Assembly (NCBI GenBank): GCA_964416155.1
Contig: CAYQCW010000018.1
Coordinates: 1-23,266 of the forward strand
Length of the DNA: 23,266 nucleotides
Source: an uncultured Nitrososphaerota archaeon
GTDB taxonomy: Archaea > Thermoproteota > EX4484-205 > JAAOZP01
Reading direction: 5' to 3'
In this document: piece by piece, positions 16,634 to 23,266 of the stretch
Layout: every line of letters starts with the position of its first letter
Position numbering within the stretch: position 1 is the first letter of the stretch
Notes under the pieces: generated by a model
The model's input: the letters and a program-made list of their open reading frames with translations, nothing else
Told to the model about the DNA's origin: nothing
Databases searched by the model: none
Program-made: the position numbers and the translations under genes

Positions 16634-17659
16634 TTAAGGATGGAGAATGATCTTTAAACAGTTCTTACTCATGAACACGTTTAGGGCCTCCATGAATCTT
16701 TCCAGCGGGAACCTGTGGGTTATCACCTCTCTAACCCTTACTCTCCCGGTTTTCATCAGGTTGAAAGCAGCATGATAATCCTTGGTTGAGCAACCCCAGC
16801 TGCCTAGTAGGCTTACGCTGCCGTGGACCACTGGTTTAAGATCTAGGCTGAGACTAGGCTGGGGAACATCCCTGAAATCGCCGAAGACGCATATCTTTCC
16901 TCCTTCTCGAACAAGCTTCACAGATTGCTGGACAGCGTCCGTGGATGAGACTGCAACAATTACGACATCGGCTCCACGCCCCCTGGTTAACTCCAATACC
17001 TTCTCCCTAAGGCTAGTCTTTTTCGAGTTGAACGCGTAGTCGGCACCGAGTCTTACAGCAGTCTCGACGCGATGATCATGGTGGCCGCTGAGAATAACTA
17101 GGGCCCCAACTGTTTTCGAGACTTGAGCGTTAAGCATAGCCATAGGGCCGTCGCCGATAATTAGAACACTGTCGCCCGAAGATATTCCGCATTTTGAAAT
17201 CGCCCTTACGCAGCACGCTGTAGGCTCTATCATTGTCGCCTCCTCATGAGTCGTCTCATCCTGGATTCTGACCACGGATTTTCCAACGAGCCTCGGGGCA
17301 ACTCGAATATACTCTGCGAAAGCTCCTGGGAAAATCGACTGTTGACGGTACTCGCTGCAAAGCGTTTCATCACCATGCTTACAATAGTAGCATGCTTCAC
17401 ACTCGGCACGGTGGAACACCGCCACCCTGTCCCCAACCATCAGGCTTGAAACGTTTAAACCCGTCTCCGCAACCTCTCCGGAGACCTCGTGGCCAAGCAC
17501 CGTGCCGGGCTTAGCCTCGCGATACATCGCCTTCCAAACGTCTGTCGAGCAGAGGCCGCAGGCCCTCACCCTGACAAGAATCTCGTCCGGGCCGATGACG
17601 GGGGTCTCCACCTCCTCCCACTTGAAATCGCTAAAATCACGGTATACTAACGCCCTCAT
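16634..17659 (-). CDS. Zn-dependent medium-chain alcohol dehydrogenase (sorbitol/threonine dehydrogenase-like)
   Basis: CGLCSTD, LGHEVSG, structural Zn CEACYYC.....C, EPTACC, GDGPMA Rossmann loop. Confidence 0.93.
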   Translation of the reverse strand: MRALVYRDFSDFKWEEVETPVIGPDEILVRVRACGLCSTDVWKAMYREAKPGTVLGHEVSGEVAETGLNVSSLMVGDRVAVFHRAECEACYYCKHGDETLCSEYRQQSIFPGAFAEYIRVAPRLVGKSVVRIQDETTHEEATMIEPTACCVRAISKCGISSGDSVLIIGDGPMAMLNAQVSKTVGALVILSGHHDHRVETAVRLGADYAFNSKKTSLREKVLELTRGRGADVVIVAVSSTDAVQQSVKLVREGGKICVFGDFRDVPQPSLSLDLKPVVHGSVSLLGSWGCSTKDYHAAFNLMKTGRVRVREVITHRFPLERFMEALNVFMSKNCLKIILHP

Positions 17660-17678
17660 CCAGCTCCACCCTATCCCG

Positions 17679-18020
17679 CTACTTATAGACGGTTACGAAG
17701 ACCACGAGGAGCGGCTTGTCACCCTGATTCCTAATTCCGTGAGGCTCCTCTCCAGAAACATAAAGGGCTAACCCCTCCTTGACAGGGATCTCCTCGTTTC
17801 CAACCATGAGCGTCCCAGAATTTGAGAGAACATAATAGATCTCCTCTCTTTCAGGATGCTCGTGAGGGCCGAAGATGCCTCCGGGAGGCACCTGGATTAG
17901 GCCGAACCCGCTTATCCTCTGGGCTCCAATCTTCTCCTTCTCAACAATCCTCTTTATGCTTGAAACCCCCTTGGGATAAGGCGTGAAAGGAATCGCGTCA
18001 GAATCTATAACCCTCCACAT
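17679..18020 (-). CDS. Cupin-domain protein
   Basis: HEHPEREEIYYVLS..G...VG and GEEPHGIRN.G cupin motifs; operonic with the dehydrogenase. Confidence 0.92.
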   Translation of the reverse strand: MWRVIDSDAIPFTPYPKGVSSIKRIVEKEKIGAQRISGFGLIQVPPGGIFGPHEHPEREEIYYVLSNSGTLMVGNEEIPVKEGLALYVSGEEPHGIRNQGDKPLLVVFVTVYK

Positions 18021-18150
18021 TTCTCATCCATGTCTTGTCTTGAACTCGGGCTTAAAAGTTTAATTCGGCGGGGAGGCGAGTTTTAAGCGTCAACGTTCAC
18101 CGCAGCTTTATAAAGGTTTATAATCGGCCGTTAGAAGACAGTAAGTATAT

Positions 18151-18385
18151 ATGCCGTTAAACTTTCGGAAAACGTTGAAAGCATCGCTTTATGTTGTTTT
18201 CTCGTTTCTGCTTTTCCTCTCCTCCGCCATTATTGTTTGACAACTGTCTACATCCGAATACTCGACTCGCTCGGATGTTTTTAGAAAGGCGTGTAGTGCG
18301 GGCCGTTAGAAACCCTATCGATACTCCTGTTTGCTCTCGGGCTGTTTCTCGACATTCGAACAATTAAAAAAAATAACCCGCTGAG
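18151..18385 (+). pseudogene. Degraded small membrane protein
   Basis: TTTATAA at 18117-18123, then MPLNFRKTLKASLYVVFSFLLFLSSAIIV* and, in another frame, PLETLSILLFALGLFLDIRTIKK. Confidence 0.35.
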
Positions 18386-18411
18386 GGCCAGCTTTTTATT
18401 TTTAACACCCG

Positions 18412-19581
18412 TTACCGGGGGTTGGAAGAGCCTAGTTTTTCGCGGCGTCTTTCAGAAAACCATGTCCTGAGGAAGACTTCTTCGTTTACAGGATTAGCGG
18501 GCGGGGTTCCTGCAAAAAATATTGATGGATATTTTCTAGCTAGGGCGATGAACCATCTCGCCTCCTCCTCCACTTCAGAAACACTTCCCTGGGACAATAC
18601 CTCGTAACTCGGATGTAGGAGAAATATCTTGTCAAAACCATACTTATCTAAAAGCGTTTCAACATTTCTTCGAGAAAACCTCGGATCCCATTCTACATGG
18701 AAACCGTCAACCCCTGTTTCAACCAGATTCTCCATCAGCCCCCGGTAATCCCCGTCTGAAACAAAGACCAGTTTTATATTTTCGTCTTCAACAGGCTTCC
18801 AAATATGCTTCCACCATTTCACGATATGCTTCCTGAACCATTCAGGCGGGAAAAATAAGCCGCCTCTCCAGGCAACATCGTCATGCGTAACGAAAACTTC
18901 TATCCCGGTTTTAGACCAGGCTTCAACGTGCTTTCTAGCTACCTGAGCATACTTGGAGATCAGCTCATCTAACACGTCCGGGTTTTGACGGCTCAGCCTA
19001 GCTATCATTTGCAAGCCGATGTGAATATCCAAATACGTGAAGAGCGTCAAGTAGAATTCTCCAGCGTACAACGTTGTCTCACCGAGCAACTCCTGATACT
19101 CCTGAAACACCCTCCTATACTCGTCGGCTATTTCACTCGTCGACCTCGGCTCATGCTCGCGAGGATCATAGTTCTTCAGATAGTTTAACAGCTCTCCATA
19201 GTTTTTGAAAGGCCTCTCAACAACCCAGAGCTGCGATGCTGTCTCCGTTCTTCTCAGCCTAAGGTTTTTATAAGCCACGTGGAATGCGTCTGTGAATGGA
19301 AAGTCTTCCCTCAATTCTTCGAAAAAACCTTCAATCAGCCTAGGCTTCCTATCGCTCCATACGACGTTTAAATCAACTCCAAGCTGGTAAAACAGGTCGA
19401 CGTCTAAAGCTTCAAAAACTGCTTTCATCTTCTCCTTCTGGTTCCCCCTGTAAACTTTAATCCCAGTCAGCTTCTCAACGAGTTTTTCATCACTAGTCGG
19501 GGCTCCTGAGAGGAGAAGCTCCTCCACGCGCCTCAGGTTTATAGCTTCCAGCGCTCTTTTTCTCATTGCGTTCATCCGCAT
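18412..19581 (-). CDS. Uroporphyrinogen decarboxylase (URO-D) family protein
   Basis: HDDVAWRGGLFFPPEWFRKHI..W......, FVSDGDY..LM..LVETGVDGFH, PPANP tail. Confidence 0.8.
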   Translation of the reverse strand: MRMNAMRKRALEAINLRRVEELLLSGAPTSDEKLVEKLTGIKVYRGNQKEKMKAVFEALDVDLFYQLGVDLNVVWSDRKPRLIEGFFEELREDFPFTDAFHVAYKNLRLRRTETASQLWVVERPFKNYGELLNYLKNYDPREHEPRSTSEIADEYRRVFQEYQELLGETTLYAGEFYLTLFTYLDIHIGLQMIARLSRQNPDVLDELISKYAQVARKHVEAWSKTGIEVFVTHDDVAWRGGLFFPPEWFRKHIVKWWKHIWKPVEDENIKLVFVSDGDYRGLMENLVETGVDGFHVEWDPRFSRRNVETLLDKYGFDKIFLLHPSYEVLSQGSVSEVEEEARWFIALARKYPSIFFAGTPPANPVNEEVFLRTWFSERRREKLGSSNPR

Positions 19582-19684
19582 TGATTGATAGATTAACTTT
19601 TCTGCTTCCAGCGCTTCTTTCCAGATGTTTTATTAGAATTAAAGAAACCTTTTTATTTAAAAACACTCGTCTCTATTAAAGGGG

Positions 19685-20170
19685 TTGTCCCAGCAGAAAC
19701 CCGGGGAGCTCCGGCGGGTAGTCATATTCATCATGGTGATAATGGTTTCCTGGCTTGCCTACTGGCTTCTGAAAGTGTATTTCTTAAAAGAGTGGATGAT
19801 GGAGGACCTGCTGCTCATATCCCTCTGCATTACTCTCATCGCAATGTTTTACAGGCTGCGGGGAATACTCACGTTCGTGGTTTCCCTGCTTGTTTTCTCT
19901 GAGTTCGCCCTCCTAGGGATGTTCTTCTCTCTTTACGGTTTAACCCCGCTTCTTTCAGAAGTCTTGTCTGAAAAGATTGATTTTGAAACCGCCGCCATGA
20001 GGGCTGGGCCTCACTTAGTGAATCTGCTCACCGGGGTGCTGAGCACCAGCATCGTATTCCTCTTGCTTACCTCGGAGGATTTAAATACCTATCTGGGTAC
20101 GGATGCAATATTCCCGCTTCGAAGAGAAAAGCGGTTTAAACCGGGGAAAACCAAAGCTAGGAAACCATAG
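19685..20170 (+). CDS. Hypothetical integral membrane protein (~4 TM)
   Basis: 161-aa hydrophobic ORF with basic C-terminal tail; TATA-like AT tract at 19650-19662. Confidence 0.7.
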   Translation: MSQQKPGELRRVVIFIMVIMVSWLAYWLLKVYFLKEWMMEDLLLISLCITLIAMFYRLRGILTFVVSLLVFSEFALLGMFFSLYGLTPLLSEVLSEKIDFETAAMRAGPHLVNLLTGVLSTSIVFLLLTSEDLNTYLGTDAIFPLRREKRFKPGKTKARKP

Positions 20171-20173
20171 TGA

Positions 20174-20185
20174 AAGCACACGCTG
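20174..20185. repeat. Motif variant AAGCACACGCTG (9/12)
   Basis: 3 nt after the stop of the 19685-20170 gene. Confidence 0.4.
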
Positions 20186-20431
20186 AAAAGGTGAGGCGCC
20201 TCTTTGTCGGTTAGCCTACTGTAAAAGTTTAACTCAAACAGTTATACCGCATGTTTAAGATGGTAAGATGTGTTAAGAGTGGTTTAGCAAACCCTCTAAA
20301 GCATCTGCGTCAAGCCCTAAAACGAACCGTCAAGATACTGTAGGACTGTAGCCAGATTATGGTTGAGACGCTTTTCATCTATTGCTCAGCATGTGGAAGC
20401 ACGATTTACGCATCTTTCTTTACAAAAAGGT

Positions 20432-20443
20432 TGGCGTGCGCTA
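20432..20443. repeat. Motif copy TGGCGTGCGCTA (11/12)
   Basis: Left boundary of the ABC permease fragment. Confidence 0.7.
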
Positions 20444-20535
20444 CCGTATTCTTGAGCAAAATACGCTGCGTACACTGTTGACGTTGTTCCCTCAGAGGTT
20501 TGGACCACCAAGAGCGGTATCATGAATTCTGACCA
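20444..20535 (-). pseudogene. 92-bp internal fragment of a carbohydrate ABC transporter permease (MalG-like)
   Basis: WSEFMIPLLVVQTSEGTTSTVYAAYFAQEYG resembles the 'WNEF..PL.......T..V....F..EYG' segment; bounded on both sides by motif copies. Confidence 0.6.
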
Positions 20536-20547
20536 TAGCACGCGCTC
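20536..20547. repeat. Motif copy TAGCACGCGCTC (10/12)
   Basis: Right boundary of the ABC permease fragment. Confidence 0.65.
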
Positions 20548-20629
20548 AAACACGGCTCCTAGAAATCAGGGTCAAGCAATAAAACTTTTAAAGGCTTACT
20601 GCTAAACATATAGCGGAGGTGTAGAGTGT

Positions 20630-20947
20630 TTGAAGCATTGTCAAAAGTGCGGTAAGGAGCTGCCTGATGACGCTGCCTTCTGTTCCGCGTGCGGTTCAGC
20701 CGTGGGTAAGGTTTCCAGAGAGGAGTACTCCATCTCGTCTGAGGATCTTGTTAAAACAATTAAAAACATTATTCACGAAGGGAATGTTACAAGGATCATT
20801 GTGAAGAGTGAGAAGGATGAGACGCTGCTTGAGATTCCCGCTACCGTAGGGGTTATAGGCGCCATCTTGGCCCCGTGGATGGCTGCCCTAGGGGTGATCG
20901 CGGCAATAGCAACAAAGTGTAAGATAATCGTTGAGAGAAGAGAATAG
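20630..20947 (+). CDS. Zinc-ribbon + DUF4342 domain protein
   Basis: CQKCG....DDAAFCSACG then LVKTIKNIIHEGNVTRIIVK....LLEIPATVGV......AALG.IAA....C.I.VER; GGAGGTG RBS and TATA at 20586-20592. Confidence 0.88.
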   Translation: MKHCQKCGKELPDDAAFCSACGSAVGKVSREEYSISSEDLVKTIKNIIHEGNVTRIIVKSEKDETLLEIPATVGVIGAILAPWMAALGVIAAIATKCKIIVERRE

Positions 20948-21186
20948 TAGGGTGATGCTTTTTCTACTTTTGAAGACTGTTTAAAGGGATTCAAGCATGA
21001 ATATTAACAGGATGTCTAAGTTTAAGGTTATGATTGGATGGCGTAAAGTTTTTCCAGAAACATGGGGAAAACGATCATTCTAATCGAAAACAATATAGTT
21101 TAATTTGTTGTAGCCAGCCTTAATTTACGTATTAATTGAAAAGCTTAAATAATCTTTAAACTATTAGTTCCCGGGGATTGGGATTG

Positions 21187-23266
21187 GTGACGCTGGAAGA
21201 AGTTCCAGAGATAGTTTCTAAGATGACTCTTGAGGAGAAAGCCAGGATCGTCGTGGGAGTAGGCATTCCCGGCATGTTTGGAAACCCCTTACCTAGAGTT
21301 CCGGGTGCTGCCGGAGAGACGCACTCTGTTGAAAGGCTTGGAATACCTTCAGCAGTGCTAGCGGACGGGCCGGCTGGCTTACGGATAAACCCTAGAAGGG
21401 AGAACGATGATAAAACGTATCATGCCACTGCTTTCCCGGTTGAAACGATGCTCGCCTCAACCTGGAACAGGGAACTGCTTGAGGCCGTTGGCAGGTGTGT
21501 CGGCGAGGAGGTTAGAGAGTACGGGGTGGATATTCTTCTCGCGCCAGCGATGAACATTCACAGGAATCCTCTCTGCGGCAGGAACTTCGAGTACTATTCT
21601 GAGGATCCTCTTCTCACCGGGGAGATGGCTGCGGCATTCGTTAAGGGTGTTCAGTCTCAAGGCGTGGGTGCCTGCCTGAAGCATTTCGTAGCAAACGAAC
21701 AGGAGACGAACCGTTTGCTGATAGATACGCTTGTTTCTGAAAGAGCGCTTAGAGAAATATATCTTAAGGGTTTTGAGATAGCTGTTAGAAAGTCTAAGCC
21801 TTGGACGGTTATGAGCGCGTACAACAAGCTGAACGGGAAGCACTGTGCTCAGAACGAGTGGCTTCTAACGACGGTTCTAAGGTGTGACTGGGGGTTTGAA
21901 GGCTTCGTGATGACAGACTGGTTTGCGAGGGATGACCCGGTGGAGATGATGAGGGCTGGCAACGACATGATAATGCCGGGGAAGGCACACCAAGTTGACC
22001 CCAATAGGAAGGACGAGGTTGAGACGATAATTAACGCTGTTAAAGAAGGAAGGCTGGACGAGGAGATCCTTATCAGGAACGTGAAGAACATTCTAAGGGT
22101 TCTCGTCAACTCGCCCTCCTTCAAAGGCTACAAGTATTCTAACAAGCCTGATCTCGATGCTCACGCTAGAGTCGCCTATGAGGCGGGTGTTGAGGGAGTT
22201 GTCCTTCTCAAGAACAATGGGGCACTGCCCGTAGGCAGGGATGCGAGAATAGCTCTATTCGGAACAGGCCAGATGGAGACGATAAAGGGCGGCACTGGGA
22301 GCGGTGACACTCACCCGAGGTATGTAGTATCCATTCTCGACGGGATGAGGGAGAGACGCCTTAGAATAGACGAAGAGCTTGCCGAGGCTCACGCTAAATA
22401 CTTGGCTGAGATCAGGAGTAAGGATGAATACAGGATTGAGAAAACATTTTTCGGAGAGATCTTTAAACCGGTTCCCCAGGACTTTCTAAGCGAGGAGGAG
22501 ATAGGCAGGTTTGCGGAGAGAAACGACGTTGCTATCGTCGTGATAAGCAGGATCTCGGGCGAGGGCTACGACAGGAGACCTGAGAAGGGAGACTTCTACT
22601 TGAGCGACGATGAGAGGAGACTGCTGGAAAGAGTCTCTAAAGCGTTCCATGAGCGTGGCAAGAAGGTTGCGGCATTGTTAAACATAGGTTCACCCATGGA
22701 TGTTGCCAGCTGGAGGAGCATGGTGGACAGTATTCTCCTAACATGGCAAGCGGGTCAAGAAACAGGGAGGATTGTTGCTGACATTGTTTCCGGGGAGAGA
22801 AACCCGTCGGGCAGGCTTCCGACAACCTTCCCCGTGGACTATTCTGACGTTCCCTCTTGGAGCTTTCCAGGGGAGCCTAGAGACAACCCGCAGAGAGTCG
22901 TGTACGACGATGGGATATACGTTGGATACAGGTACTACGACACTTTTGGGGTGGAGCCCGCCTACGAGTTTGGCTTCGGGCTTTCCTACACGAGCTTCGA
23001 ATACAGGAACCTGAAGGTGGAGACGCTTGACGATAGGGTGATTGTTTCCTTCGAGGTTGAGAATACTGGAAGACTCCCCGGGAAGGAGGTTGCTCAAATC
23101 TATATCAGGGCTCCGAAAGGCAGAATAGACAAGCCTTTTCAAGAGCTTAAGGGATTCCATAAGACGAGGCTTCTAAACCCTGGCGAGAACGAGAAGATTA
23201 CGGTTGAGCTGGATTTTGACTCGCTCGCAAGCTATGATGGTGAGAAATGGGTTGTTGAGAAGAAGG
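21187..23266 (+). CDS. bglB: GH3 beta-glucosidase (Thermotoga BglB/laminaribiase-like), 3' end beyond the window
   Basis: Own translation (absent from the ORF track): MTLEEVPEIVSKMTLEEKARIVVGVGIPGMFGNP..GAAGET..RLGIP...LADGPAGLRINP, LAPAMNIHRNPLCGRNFEYYSEDP, CLKHFVANEQE, nucleophile VMTDW (Asp 21916-21918), acid/base SRISGEGYDR, YEFGFGLSYT, FnIII tail. Confidence 0.93.
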   Translation, partial: MTLEEVPEIVSKMTLEEKARIVVGVGIPGMFGNPLPRVPGAAGETHSVERLGIPSAVLADGPAGLRINPRRENDDKTYHATAFPVETMLASTWNRELLEAVGRCVGEEVREYGVDILLAPAMNIHRNPLCGRNFEYYSEDPLLTGEMAAAFVKGVQSQGVGACLKHFVANEQETNRLLIDTLVSERALREIYLKGFEIAVRKSKPWTVMSAYNKLNGKHCAQNEWLLTTVLRCDWGFEGFVMTDWFARDDPVEMMRAGNDMIMPGKAHQVDPNRKDEVETIINAVKEGRLDEEILIRNVKNILRVLVNSPSFKGYKYSNKPDLDAHARVAYEAGVEGVVLLKNNGALPVGRDARIALFGTGQMETIKGGTGSGDTHPRYVVSILDGMRERRLRIDEELAEAHAKYLAEIRSKDEYRIEKTFFGEIFKPVPQDFLSEEEIGRFAERNDVAIVVISRISGEGYDRRPEKGDFYLSDDERRLLERVSKAFHERGKKVAALLNIGSPMDVASWRSMVDSILLTWQAGQETGRIVADIVSGERNPSGRLPTTFPVDYSDVPSWSFPGEPRDNPQRVVYDDGIYVGYRYYDTFGVEPAYEFGFGLSYTSFEYRNLKVETLDDRVIVSFEVENTGRLPGKEVAQIYIRAPKGRIDKPFQELKGFHKTRLLNPGENEKITVELDFDSLASYDGEKWVVEKK

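Noticed and set aside
19544-19615. 12-bp direct repeat GCTTCCAGCGCT near the URO-D gene start
   Set aside because: Only two copies 60 bp apart with no element features; chance or a small local duplication.
20330-20410. Possible zinc-ribbon remnant (DCSQ...YCSACGS)
   Set aside because: Needs a frameshift and only Cys spacing supports it.
21457-23160. Minus-strand and alternative-frame ORFs 21457-21843, 21849-22124, 22637-22825, 22738-23160, 22772-23014
   Set aside because: Shadows of the GH3 gene on the plus strand.
1-23266. CRISPR array or classical integron attC array
   Set aside because: The repeat is only 12 bp and irregularly spaced. I found no 25-40 bp direct repeats, no convincing RYYYAAC...GTTRRRY attC hairpins, and no cas or intI gene.

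Overview
Archaeal accessory region, most likely Bathyarchaeia or a related TACK lineage. This is inferred from TATA/BRE-type promoters close to start codons, two URO-D-family paralogs, archaeal-type TA pairs, a TBP remnant and the UPF0182+Hsp20 pair. Intact cargo genes, mostly with their own promoters, include two URO-D/methyltransferase-family proteins, a membrane-anchored SagB-type nitroreductase, UPF0182 + Hsp20, a 1149-aa GH149-type beta-1,3-glucan phosphorylase, a stand-alone MetH reactivation-like domain, a HAD hydrolase, a cupin + Zn-dehydrogenase pair, a DUF4342 protein and a Thermotoga BglB-like GH3 that runs off the right edge and is missing from the ORF track. The spacers between them are packed with gene debris. 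Two features stand out. (1) A 12-bp near-palindrome TAGCGYRCGCTA occurs about 10-15 times; every copy matching at >=10/12 lies outside intact genes, and several sit exactly at the breakpoints of truncated gene fragments. One ABC-permease fragment is bracketed by two copies. (2) Three differently decayed, co-oriented copies of the ppsA 3' end all start at about the same codon, as expected for scars of repeated integration into ppsA. All three complete toxin-antitoxin pairs have frameshifted toxins. No integrase, transposase, tRNA, rRNA or CRISPR array was seen. All protein calls come from motif recognition by eye, not from database searches.
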